This document shows, piece after piece, positions 47,845-57,021 of a stretch of DNA of 64,000 bases. Origin of the DNA: an uncultured Pseudomonadales bacterium. GTDB lineage: Bacteria; Patescibacteriota; Microgenomatia; UBA1400; Chazhemtobacteraceae. The notes under the pieces were generated by a model. The model saw nothing but the letters and a program-made list of their open reading frames with translations, did not search any database and was not told where the DNA came from. Each line of letters begins with the position of its first letter. The first letter of the stretch is position 1. A program made the translations under genes and the position numbers. The stretch is from assembly GCA_964618725.1 (NCBI GenBank), contig CAZUBK010000002.1, forward strand, positions 209,543-273,542. Reading direction: 5' to 3'.

Positions 47845-50800
47845 TTAATTGCTCCAATCTATGGAGGGAAGTATTTTGGAGTAGTCGAGACCTTCATTGT
47901 TTACCTGGGTTGCCTTGTAGGCAGCATTGATTTGAGCAGGCCAATTGAAGGTGCCGGGTTGACTGTCGGTATAGGTACAGGAAAAGTCGTATTGAGGTGG
48001 CTCTCGGCGACAGGCGGCGTCGCCACAAGCAAAAATCTGAAAAAATTCGAGGATGCTGGCGCGGTCAGTGGGGGAATCGAGAGCACGACAATCGAGGTGG
48101 TTACTTTGGGTGGAGTAGGCGTATTGAAGAGAAGTAAAGCATTCAAGTTGAGCGGTTAGATTATTGTTGATTCCGCCGCCACAACCGAGGTCGTCAACGG
48201 GGTTGAACTTGGCATAGTTACTGGCCCCTGACTCTTCAATCCAGGTAGCCATGGTCATAGCCGGATCCATCCCTTTGACTTTGGCGATGCTGATGACGTA
48301 GTTGTAGCAACGACGGATGTTTTCCTCACTGGTAATGGCATTGGGAGCTTTGGGGTTCCAGACGGTTCCCCCAAGGGCAGTAATAAGGGCATCTACTGGT
48401 TTGACATTATGACCGGAAGGTTCGGGGACGCCGTCACAGAAAGCAAGAGAGGTGTTGGTAGCTGAGTCGCTTGCTTCTGGTGGAATGGAGAAGTCAGGGG
48501 GTATATATGAGGCGGAGACAAAAGAACCGAGATCTTCACAGTCTTCTGACTTGCCAGTTTGAAGGCCAGTGGGAATGAGCCAGAAGTTTCTGAGACGACA
48601 GAGGTCGGATTCGGCACGGCCGCCGAGACGTCTAACGGGAGCAGTGCTTTTATCGGTGATGCCCGCGGTGGCACGGTGTTTGAGATATTCGTCGCCGGTA
48701 ATTTCGGCGGAGAAGTAGGCGGAGGCTTGACCGAGCATGTAGGGGGTGTCGGGTTGGTCCATTGGTTCATAAGTAGCACCGGGGATGAGGCGAGAGGGAT
48801 ACTCAGGGTCTACACTTAATTTGCTGGGGAGCATTTGCGAATACAACGAAAGATTGGTACCGTCTTCGAGGGGTTCGGAGATGAGGCGATTAAGATCAGT
48901 TATTTTGGGATTATTAAAGACGGCGATAGTACGGCCGAAATTGCGGAAAAGTAGACCGCTACTGGCTTCGCCGACGGACTCGGCTTGCATGGTAGTTTTA
49001 TATCCCGAAGTATAGTAGAGGACTGCTCCGGTGAGGGGATTTTTGACGGGGCAACTTTGATCTTCTTTGATTTCTTCGGTTTTGACGGGGACGAGGAGAG
49101 ATTGATCGAGGACGTCGGGGAATTCGTCACCGGGGAGTTTGTCATATTTACGGGTGGGGAGCTTGAGAGGAAAAGTTGGAGGAGAGGAGAGGCTCATGTT
49201 TTTCTCGTCATCTAGATCGCGGCAGAGGTTGTCATAGGCCCAAATATCGACAGTTCGATCAGCGAGGGGGACAAAGACCTGGTCGGATTCAGTATTGAAG
49301 TCAAGGGTGCCATCTTGTTTGTAGGTGATACTGTAGTTATCGGCGGTGTAGAGCTTTTTCTCTCTTTCAGCCAGAAGCCAACTGGGAGAAATGGTATTTA
49401 AGATGCCGCCGACGGGATCACCAATGATGTCACGAAGGGCTTGGATGTATGGCAGGTTTTCGTTGAGGATGCCGACGGTGGTGGCAAAAGTGGTGGGATC
49501 AACGTAACGCAGGGCTAAGTAGCCGCGGACGTTGTCGAAGACAAAAGGCTGAAAGGCATCATACATAGCGCGAGTTTCTGGGTTGAGTTTGGCATATCTT
49601 TCGGCAGCGCTATTACAGACAGGGAATTTAGTTAGACACTTAGGGAGGGAATTGATTAGTTCACTGATGGTAAAGGTGGAGACGACAGGAGGGATGAGGC
49701 TTTCGTCGGTGGAGGTTACAGAACAATCGGGATTGACGATGGCGCCAGTAGAGTCAAGGATATTGACACCGTCGTAGATGAGCCATTCACCGGTGGCAGT
49801 GGGGCAGGCATTTCTAATAAGGGGGGTAATGGCGAGAGGGTGTGACGGACCGGAGGTAATAAAGGCAAGGACGGCATTGAGATCTAGGTCGCCAGTTTTT
49901 GGCTCGAGTCCGTATTCGGTGAAGACGTGAGGTTTACCAGTGGTACCAGTGATCTGTTGTTCCCAGAGCCAGGATTCGGTACCACAACGGATAGATGCAA
50001 AAGCACAGGAAGAAAGAGAATAGACGTTGTGGGCAGTGTAGTCAGCGGCTTGGTAGGCCTCCTTAGCGGTGGCGAGAAAGATGCCGGCGTCACGCTCAGG
50101 ATGAGAGGTATTCATGGGAGCGGCGGCTATTTTGAGGCCACTGAGCCCAGATTTGAAGAAGAGGAGCTGTTCTTTGTAGGTAGTACCACATTGAGCTAGG
50201 TCGCTACAGTTGTATTCTCTGAGATCATTTAGTTCATTGCCGAAGATGACAATATCGGTATTGCGAGTAAAGACGGCAGAGAGGCGAGTGGCAAAGTCTT
50301 TGAGTTGGGTGAGGTAGCCAATTTCGGTGTTTGGTTGTAGGCCGGTGATACGGATAAGGCGGACAGTAGCTTGACTGTAGAGTTGGTTGTAGCGTTGCAG
50401 GGTTCCATCATCTGAGTTGATGGCAAGTAGAAAAGTGACGGGTTTGTTGGCGGCGGCGGTGCCAAAGAAGTCAGCTGTATGACCGTAGCCAATGTTGGTG
50501 CCAGTATTGGAGGGAAGAGGCGGATTGTTGGAGTCTGTCGGGGTAGGGGTGACGCTTGGTGTGGTACCGGGTTCTGGTATATCAGCTGGATCGACAAAGG
50601 GGAAGGGAGAGTCAAAGATGGGTTCGGTGAAGGTGCGTTTGGTTTCTATGTCAACCGGACTTAAGCGATTGAAGATCTCGAGGGCACGATGGAGGAGGTT
50701 ACTGATGTCACCGGTGAGTCCACTACCGACTTTGTAGCGGTGAAACATCCAGGCTTTAGCATTCATTTGTTGTTCTTGAGTAAGGAGCCGCCAGAAAGTG

Positions 50801-51858
50801 CGAAAAGATTCTTTGGGGGTGCCATCTGTAACGAAAAGAGGTTTGTCGGCGAGACCGCTGTAGGGATAGACACGGGCAAGTTTGTCAGGTGTAATAGAGG
50901 ACTCTGCGGCGAGATCGGGACCTAGGCCGCCGAGTTGGAGGCCATTAAAATTAACGAGAAGACGGATATCGATGAACTCTTTACAGTTTGGATCATCGGG
51001 GCCGGAGGGGGTGCAATACCAACCAGTGTTGTCTCGATACGTAGAGGGTGGGGGTCCACCATTGCCGGGGGGGGCGTCGGAGGCTGCCTCTTCGGCACAA
51101 GTGTATCTTTCTAATTGGGCTTGAGGAGTAACGGCGCAAGTGAGTTGATAGTCTTCTAATTGGCTATGGACAAAAGGAACACGTTCTTTGCAGGTGCCGT
51201 TGGGTCGAGAGAGATTGCCGTCATAGGTACAACCATCTTCGGTGCCACCCGAAGCAACAGCACAGAAAGGTATGGGAGGAGGGGGATTGTCAGAAGGAGG
51301 AGGAGTGCCAGGATTATCATTGATGTCGTGACAAGAAGATGGGTCAGCGGGATTATCACAGACTTGGGCACCTCGACAGTCGACGACGTCAGGATTGGCA
51401 CAACAGGAGGCGATGGAGTTACAAACATAGTAACTTTGTCCAGGGTCGACACCTTGGCCGTTGTATTGAAAGGGTCCATTGGTGACGGTGATGACGGCAT
51501 TGTCGACTCCGTCAAAGTCGGGGGAGGTTGTACCGGTCCGAAACTCATTACCAAAACAAAAACGGTTAACCAGATTCCCACTAGCATCAAAACCTTCGGC
51601 ACAGGTGGGAATTATTTCAGTAGAGGTGCCACAAATGGGAGACTTGAGAGCGAACGCAGAAGTATAGAGACTAGGGTTACCACAGCAGATATCAAAACCT
51701 TCATAAGGAACAGAGTCGGTACAGGAGGGGCCGGTGGTGACACATTGGTTGCCTTGGGCATCGGGTCCACTACACCAACAATAGTTGGCACCTTGAGCCG
51801 AGGCTGAAGAAGGGAGGGAAAGAAAGAGAAAGAGGCTGATTAAGAAAGAGAGAAGCAT
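47845..51858 (-). CDS. Large secreted multidomain protein (Cys-rich, putative GH-A clan hydrolase, lysozyme-like C-terminus)
   Basis: Signal peptide; Cys-rich N-terminus; IFGNELND and VFTEYG; GMDPAMTMATWIEESG. Confidence 0.7.
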   Translation of the reverse strand: MLLSFLISLFLFLSLPSSASAQGANYCWCSGPDAQGNQCVTTGPSCTDSVPYEGFDICCGNPSLYTSAFALKSPICGTSTEIIPTCAEGFDASGNLVNRFCFGNEFRTGTTSPDFDGVDNAVITVTNGPFQYNGQGVDPGQSYYVCNSIASCCANPDVVDCRGAQVCDNPADPSSCHDINDNPGTPPPSDNPPPPIPFCAVASGGTEDGCTYDGNLSRPNGTCKERVPFVHSQLEDYQLTCAVTPQAQLERYTCAEEAASDAPPGNGGPPPSTYRDNTGWYCTPSGPDDPNCKEFIDIRLLVNFNGLQLGGLGPDLAAESSITPDKLARVYPYSGLADKPLFVTDGTPKESFRTFWRLLTQEQQMNAKAWMFHRYKVGSGLTGDISNLLHRALEIFNRLSPVDIETKRTFTEPIFDSPFPFVDPADIPEPGTTPSVTPTPTDSNNPPLPSNTGTNIGYGHTADFFGTAAANKPVTFLLAINSDDGTLQRYNQLYSQATVRLIRITGLQPNTEIGYLTQLKDFATRLSAVFTRNTDIVIFGNELNDLREYNCSDLAQCGTTYKEQLLFFKSGLSGLKIAAAPMNTSHPERDAGIFLATAKEAYQAADYTAHNVYSLSSCAFASIRCGTESWLWEQQITGTTGKPHVFTEYGLEPKTGDLDLNAVLAFITSGPSHPLAITPLIRNACPTATGEWLIYDGVNILDSTGAIVNPDCSVTSTDESLIPPVVSTFTISELINSLPKCLTKFPVCNSAAERYAKLNPETRAMYDAFQPFVFDNVRGYLALRYVDPTTFATTVGILNENLPYIQALRDIIGDPVGGILNTISPSWLLAEREKKLYTADNYSITYKQDGTLDFNTESDQVFVPLADRTVDIWAYDNLCRDLDDEKNMSLSSPPTFPLKLPTRKYDKLPGDEFPDVLDQSLLVPVKTEEIKEDQSCPVKNPLTGAVLYYTSGYKTTMQAESVGEASSGLLFRNFGRTIAVFNNPKITDLNRLISEPLEDGTNLSLYSQMLPSKLSVDPEYPSRLIPGATYEPMDQPDTPYMLGQASAYFSAEITGDEYLKHRATAGITDKSTAPVRRLGGRAESDLCRLRNFWLIPTGLQTGKSEDCEDLGSFVSASYIPPDFSIPPEASDSATNTSLAFCDGVPEPSGHNVKPVDALITALGGTVWNPKAPNAITSEENIRRCYNYVISIAKVKGMDPAMTMATWIEESGASNYAKFNPVDDLGCGGGINNNLTAQLECFTSLQYAYSTQSNHLDCRALDSPTDRASILEFFQIFACGDAACRREPPQYDFSCTYTDSQPGTFNWPAQINAAYKATQVNNEGLDYSKILPSIDWSN

Positions 51859-51902
51859 ACTTTCTAAGTATAGCTTGTGAGCGTGGTTGATGGGATGGCG
51901 AT

Positions 51903-52229
51903 TTAGGGAATCTGAAATTGAAGTTCGGTAACAGGGGCGCCGGTGAAGGTTTGAATGAGGAGGAGGATGAGCCAGGCGAGACCGAGGCCAATAACGCCGA
52001 CGATGGCAAAGAGCAGAGTCTGCATGCCGGCTTGATATTCTTTGGGGTTATCGGCGCCCATGACAATTTTGGCACCGGCGAAGATGATCATGCCGATGGC
52101 GGCAATGATGATGACGGGGGTAATAATGCCAAGGAGATTGGCAATGACGCATTTAATGCCGCCAAGGGTGGCGACTTCGATACCGGCTTGGACGGTGGCA
52201 CATTGTGGGTCAGCTAGCCAATCAAACAT
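51903..52229 (-). CDS. VirB2/TrbC-like T4SS pilin
   Basis: Two TMs around G.KIVMGADNPKEYQAG..TL..AIVG. Confidence 0.8.
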   Translation of the reverse strand: MFDWLADPQCATVQAGIEVATLGGIKCVIANLLGIITPVIIIAAIGMIIFAGAKIVMGADNPKEYQAGMQTLLFAIVGVIGLGLAWLILLLIQTFTGAPVTELQFQIP

Positions 52230-52245
52230 AGATTTTAGTCAGAAA

Positions 52246-52629
52246 CTAGAAAGGTCTTAGCTCTTGAATGGACTTAGTTGCGTCAAAGATATCGACACCG
52301 AAGAAGGCACCGATAATTCTGATGAGAGCCCAAGAAGCAGCGACAATGGCGAGACCGATGACGGCGCTAGTGATTCTCTGCTGAGCCTTTTCAGTTTTGG
52401 TTTTGTCACCACCGGAGGTTATCCACTCGACACCCCCCCAGACGAGGTAGAGAAAGACGAGGATACCGGAGATGATAAGGGCGACAGAGGCGAGAGAAGA
52501 GACTAATTTACCAAGATCGGTAATCTGGATTTGTTCTGGTTGCTCGATGCCAATGGTTTGAGCAAAGGCGGGAGTCGCGAGAGCAAGAGAAGATAAAAGA
52601 GTTGAAGTAACAGTGAGCGCTTTTTTCAT
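52246..52629 (-). CDS. VirB2/TrbC-like T4SS pilin
   Basis: Signal PAFAQ; GGVEWITSGGDKTKTEKAQQRITSAVIG. Confidence 0.88.
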   Translation of the reverse strand: MKKALTVTSTLLSSLALATPAFAQTIGIEQPEQIQITDLGKLVSSLASVALIISGILVFLYLVWGGVEWITSGGDKTKTEKAQQRITSAVIGLAIVAASWALIRIIGAFFGVDIFDATKSIQELRPF

Positions 52630-52704
52630 GTTTGGTTTAGATTGCTAATTAATATGATTATTCCCTAAATGCTAATACTATGTCAATGGGGTCAGACAAG
52701 CGTG

Positions 52705-53001
52705 TTAACTAATGGGGAGAGCTTCTTCTAGGCCGAAGTAAGTGCGGACGATTAACCAGATTGCCCAGGAGGCGGCAACAATAGCGAGACCGATGACGGA
52801 GGCAGTAATGCGCTTCTGGGCGTTTTCGACGTGGGCCTTTTCTCCGCCTGAGGTAATCCACTCAATCCCCCCCCAGACGAGGTAGAGGAAGACGAGGATA
52901 CCGGAGATGACGAGGGCCACATCGACGAGACTTTTGACGAGGGGGCCAATTTCGGTAAAGCCAAAGAAGCTTTCGGCTTCGGATCTAATGTCTGTTTGCA
53001 T
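52705..53001 (-). CDS. VirB2/TrbC-like T4SS pilin
   Basis: GGIEWITSGGEKAHVENAQKRITASVIG. Confidence 0.88.
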   Translation of the reverse strand: MQTDIRSEAESFFGFTEIGPLVKSLVDVALVISGILVFLYLVWGGIEWITSGGEKAHVENAQKRITASVIGLAIVAASWAIWLIVRTYFGLEEALPIS

Positions 53002-53009
53002 AAAAGTTA

Positions 53010-53348
53010 TTATGGCGTAAATGTCCAATCAATATTAAGGATATCTATCTTGAGGACTTCGGAAATAAAGGCAATGATGGCGTAGGAAGCGACGAGGACG
53101 GTGAGGCCAATGAGGGCATTGCTGATTTTTTTCTGGGAGGCTTCGACTTTGGTTTTGTCACCGCCACCAGTAATCCATTCAATGCCGCCCCAAATGAGGT
53201 AGAGGAGGAAGGTAAGGGCGCCGACGACGACGAGAGTTTTCCAAAGCTGGGCGATATAGAAGGCAAGGCCGGAACCGGCTTCACCGGGAGTAGTGAATTG
53301 AGAAAGGGCAGGATTGGTGATTTGGGCGTAGACGGGCTTGATAAACAT
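53010..53348 (-). CDS. VirB2/TrbC-like T4SS pilin
   Basis: PVYAQ; GGIEWITGGGDKTKVEASQKKISNALIG. Confidence 0.88.
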   Translation of the reverse strand: MFIKPVYAQITNPALSQFTTPGEAGSGLAFYIAQLWKTLVVVGALTFLLYLIWGGIEWITGGGDKTKVEASQKKISNALIGLTVLVASYAIIAFISEVLKIDILNIDWTFTP

Positions 53349-53353
53349 GAGTT

Positions 53354-53704
53354 TTAGAGAAAATCGGCAGGACTTAGTAAAGGAACGTCGAGAATGGTGG
53401 CAACAATACCGGCAATGAAATAGGAGACGATGACGGCGATGAGGCCAATGGCGGCATTGGTCATTTGTTTTTGGGCGGTTTCGACTTTGCCTTTTTCTCC
53501 TCCGGAAGTAATCCAAGTGAGGGCACCGGTAAGAAAATAGAAGAGGAAGGCAATTCCGGCGGCGGCGGTGATGGCACCAACAATGACGCTAGCAAAGAGT
53601 TGGAAGTCGGTAACGGGAGTTGCGGAAACTATTTGGAATTTACCCACCCCACCAATGGGGCCAAGGGGGATAGTAGCGGCGTAAGCAGAAGGAATGATGG
53701 ACAT
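53354..53704 (-). CDS. VirB2/TrbC-like T4SS pilin
   Basis: GALTWITSGGEKGKVETAQKQMTNAAIG. Confidence 0.88.
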   Translation of the reverse strand: MSIIPSAYAATIPLGPIGGVGKFQIVSATPVTDFQLFASVIVGAITAAAGIAFLFYFLTGALTWITSGGEKGKVETAQKQMTNAAIGLIAVIVSYFIAGIVATILDVPLLSPADFL

Positions 53705-53716
53705 ATTTATATTGTA

Positions 53717-54115
53717 CTATAGCGTTTCGATGTTGGGACTCAAAATAAAAGTGGCGTCGCCAAAGAAAAGATAACCGATGATGCCGGCAATAATGAAGGA
53801 GACAGTGATGATGCCAAGACCGATGACTGTGTGCATGAATTTCTGGTTAGCCTCAGCAATTTTTTTGGCGTCACCGGCGGCGGTGATGTAGCCAAGACCG
53901 CCAAAGAGGAACTGAAAAAGAGACCAGACGCCGGCGATGGCAATGAGAAGGCGGATGACGTTGGTGAAGAACTTAGAACCGATATCAGCGGTATTAACAA
54001 TTACATTGGTAGGTGGATTGAGGACGCCGATTGGGTTGGGGGCAGCTAAGGCAGTTAGGGGCAAGAAAAAAAGAAGGAATAATAAAGAGGTGGAGATAAA
54101 GGTTGTTTTTTTCAT
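53717..54115 (-). CDS. VirB2/TrbC-like T4SS pilin
   Basis: GGLGYITAAGDAKKIAEANQKFMHTVIG. Confidence 0.85.
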   Translation of the reverse strand: MKKTTFISTSLLFLLFFLPLTALAAPNPIGVLNPPTNVIVNTADIGSKFFTNVIRLLIAIAGVWSLFQFLFGGLGYITAAGDAKKIAEANQKFMHTVIGLGIITVSFIIAGIIGYLFFGDATFILSPNIETL

Positions 54116-54119
54116 TTGA

Positions 54120-54476
54120 TTAGAATAGCCCACCACCGCCTACCTGGAAAAGGATACGGGTAATCCAGAAGGCAAGGACGGAAAGACCTAAGCCTATTAA
54201 AGCATAGTTTAGTGTATTAGCAGCATTTTGGGTCTCTTTGGCGTTGCCAGCAGAAGCAACAAAGCGGAAACCAGCTAGGAGGGCAACAAAAAAAGCAGCG
54301 ATGCCAGTGAAGACGGGGATGTTACTGATGATGGGTTGGAGGAAACCGGCCAAAGTGATAGTTGATCCAAGGAGACTGGCGGGGGTGAAGTATTGATTAA
54401 GATTCTGAGCATAAGCGGGAGAGATGAGAAAGAGTAAGGAGATAAAAGTAAAGATAATAGAGAGAAGTAGCTTCAT
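54120..54476 (-). CDS. VirB2/TrbC-like T4SS pilin
   Basis: AGFRFVASAGNAKETQNAANTLNYALIG. Confidence 0.85.
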   Translation of the reverse strand: MKLLLSIIFTFISLLFLISPAYAQNLNQYFTPASLLGSTITLAGFLQPIISNIPVFTGIAAFFVALLAGFRFVASAGNAKETQNAANTLNYALIGLGLSVLAFWITRILFQVGGGGLF

Positions 54477-54483
54477 AAGTATT

Positions 54484-54807
54484 TTAGAAAGGGGCGGTAG
54501 CGCCGAGGCCAATAATTGTTAGAACGAGGCGAATGATGACGAAGCTAGTGAAAGTGATGACTAGGCCAATAAGGCTGGTGATGATGCGGGAAGTGATTTT
54601 GCTGATTTTGTCGGGGCTACCCTCGGCGAAGACGTAGCCGATGGCGGCGAGGCTCAAATTGGCAAAGAAGGCAAGACCAACAAAAAAGAAGGCAAGGTTG
54701 ACAATGCTGAATGGGCCACGAGTTAGAAGGTCAGAGATATTGGAGCCAACGGGAAAGCTTGAGTTGGCGGGATTGGTGATATTCTGGATGACTTCTGATG
54801 CTTTCAT
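54484..54807 (-). CDS. VirB2/TrbC-like T4SS pilin
   Basis: IGYVFAEGSPDKISKITSRIITSLIG. Confidence 0.8.
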   Translation of the reverse strand: MKASEVIQNITNPANSSFPVGSNISDLLTRGPFSIVNLAFFFVGLAFFANLSLAAIGYVFAEGSPDKISKITSRIITSLIGLVITFTSFVIIRLVLTIIGLGATAPF

Positions 54808-54813
54808 TTGTGT

Positions 54814-55212
54814 TTAGAATCCGGGGATGTTGAGAATCTGGACGCCGAGGAGGTTAAGGAGGACGACGGACATGATTATAAATAATAGACCAGAAATAGC
54901 GGCAGTAATAGTCTGTTGAGCAGCTTTGATCTTGTCGGGCATGCCAGCGGAGGTAGTGAGGACATAAAAGCCATAGAGAATAAGGAGGAGGGCGATGCCG
55001 CCACCAATGCCCAGACTAAGGGTGAGGACATTACTGACAAAGTCTTGTCCACCATTGTCGACACTAATACAGCCAAGGGCAGTATTGATAGTATTAGTGT
55101 TGCCATTACAGACTATTTCTGTAGTTTCACCAACGGCATGCACAAAAGAAGCTTGTGAAAGGAAAGCTATAGAGGAGAGAAAAAAGGTGGTGGGTCGGAT
55201 GATACGCGGCAT
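54814..55212 (-). CDS. VirB2/TrbC-like T4SS pilin
   Basis: INTALGCI; GFYVLTTSAGMPDKIKAAQQTITAAISG. Confidence 0.85.
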   Translation of the reverse strand: MPRIIRPTTFFLSSIAFLSQASFVHAVGETTEIVCNGNTNTINTALGCISVDNGGQDFVSNVLTLSLGIGGGIALLLILYGFYVLTTSAGMPDKIKAAQQTITAAISGLLFIIMSVVLLNLLGVQILNIPGF

Positions 55213-55269
55213 AAGTTAATTATACCTTGAATATAGACGTGGAGGTAATTAGGTAGAATGGGCAGTGAT

Positions 55270-57006
55270 ATGAAGAAATGCTTGTTGGTGTTACTATCTG
55301 TTTTGGTGATCGGCTTGAGTTTGCCGGTTGCGGCAGCAGAGGACTGTATGGCTGATCCAAATGACTGGCCGCTGGACAAATTAGAGAGGTGTACTAAAGA
55401 GTTGGAGCACTTAAATGCGCTGTCAAAAGCGGCAACGGCACCCTTGGAGGCTGAGGTGAAGAGATTGGATGCTCAGATCAAGTCAATTCAAAGTCAGATA
55501 AAGCGAGCAGAAGTAAGAGAAAAAGATTTGGAGAAATCAATTGAGGAGAGGGAAAGTGAGTTGGCTGACCAATATGTTTTGTTGGCGAGAAAGATGAGGG
55601 AACACTATAAAAAGGTAAGATCTGGATCAACTTTGGCGTTGATATTATCGAAGACTGGGACAGGGGAGATATCGAGGGAACTTCAGTATCAAGAGGAAGC
55701 GGCGGAGCAAGACAGAACACTGATTTTGGGTTTGGCGGAGGAAATAGTGGGGTTGGAGAAAGATAAAAAGACTTCGGAGGAAAATAGGGTACGGTTGGCT
55801 ACTTTACAAATAAGTATTGATAAGCAGGCAGAGTTCTTTGAGAAAGAGATAGCCAATGCAAAGAATTATCAGTCAAGTTTGACTGGAAAGATCGCTGTTT
55901 TATCAGCAATACAGGAGAGCATTTTGTCGGGCAAGGGGGAGACTTTCCAGACGACGGTGGGTGATGTGCCACTGGTTGGAGATCCGAATTCATTGCCTAA
56001 TTACAATCCAGGATTCTCGCCGGCATTTGCGGCCTTTTCTTTTGGGGCACCACACTTTAAGGGGATGAGTCAATATGGCGCGTTTGGGAGGGCAAAGGCG
56101 GGGCAGGGTGTGGAAGATATTTTGCGAGCATATTACGGAGGAGGGATCGAGATCAAAAAGGACTATTCAACGGGAATAAACATAACCGTTCGGGGGTATG
56201 GGACAGTAGACATTGAAACATATACAAAGCGGATTTATGAGATGCCGGGTGAATGGGGAGACCAAGGAGGGATGGAGGCATTGAAGGCGCAGGCGGTGGC
56301 GGCGAGGTCATATGCCTTGGCGTATACAGATAATGGATCAGGTTCCATTTGTGCGACGGAGGCGTGTCAGGTGTATAAAGGAAATAACAAGGGAGGTAAG
56401 TGGGAAGAGGCGGTGAATGCGACGAGGGGGTGGGTGATGATAGCCAACGGGAAGCCATTGAGCGCTTGGTACGCATCAACATCGGGTGGGTATCAAGAAT
56501 CGTATACGAGTAACGGATATGCAACACCGGGATTTTGGGATGCAGACGGAGGTAGAGGTGGTTGGACGTCAAACGCCTGGGAAAACAAAGCAGGGAGTCC
56601 TTGGTTCTACAAGGGATGGTACAAGGATCGAAGTGGGGTGAGCTGTGGACGGAGTCATCCTTGGCTGACGAGTGAAGAGATGGCTGATGTCTTAAATGCC
56701 TATGTAGTATTGTTTCAGGGGGGTGGGGATAGTAGTCGAGTGGTACCGGTTGATTTATCGTCTTGTTGGGGAAAGGGTGGAAATCCATATTCATTATCGG
56801 AGTTACGTGAGATTGGGGGGTATACGAGTGTGAGTGGAATAAAACAGGTTGATTACAGTAGTAATGGGTTTACGGAGCGGGTGATATTACAGACGAACAA
56901 AGGAGAGGTCTCGATTTCAGGGGATCAATTTAAAAAGTCGTTTAATTTACGGGCGCCGGGAAGAATTGCTTTGAAGTCGGGATTGTTCAATATAGAGAGG
57001 AAGTGA
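55270..57006 (+). CDS. SpoIID/LytB domain protein with N-terminal coiled coil
   Basis: Signal peptide, long coiled coil, H..GMSQYGA.GRA, EALKAQAVAARSYA, C.TEACQVY, YASTSGG. Confidence 0.9.
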   Translation: MKKCLLVLLSVLVIGLSLPVAAAEDCMADPNDWPLDKLERCTKELEHLNALSKAATAPLEAEVKRLDAQIKSIQSQIKRAEVREKDLEKSIEERESELADQYVLLARKMREHYKKVRSGSTLALILSKTGTGEISRELQYQEEAAEQDRTLILGLAEEIVGLEKDKKTSEENRVRLATLQISIDKQAEFFEKEIANAKNYQSSLTGKIAVLSAIQESILSGKGETFQTTVGDVPLVGDPNSLPNYNPGFSPAFAAFSFGAPHFKGMSQYGAFGRAKAGQGVEDILRAYYGGGIEIKKDYSTGINITVRGYGTVDIETYTKRIYEMPGEWGDQGGMEALKAQAVAARSYALAYTDNGSGSICATEACQVYKGNNKGGKWEEAVNATRGWVMIANGKPLSAWYASTSGGYQESYTSNGYATPGFWDADGGRGGWTSNAWENKAGSPWFYKGWYKDRSGVSCGRSHPWLTSEEMADVLNAYVVLFQGGGDSSRVVPVDLSSCWGKGGNPYSLSELREIGGYTSVSGIKQVDYSSNGFTERVILQTNKGEVSISGDQFKKSFNLRAPGRIALKSGLFNIERK

Positions 57007-57021
57007 TGGTAGAATTGAGCC

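Noticed and set aside
35077-55212. Integrative conjugative element
   Set aside because: No integrase, relaxase or att repeats seen; composition and start signals match the core genome
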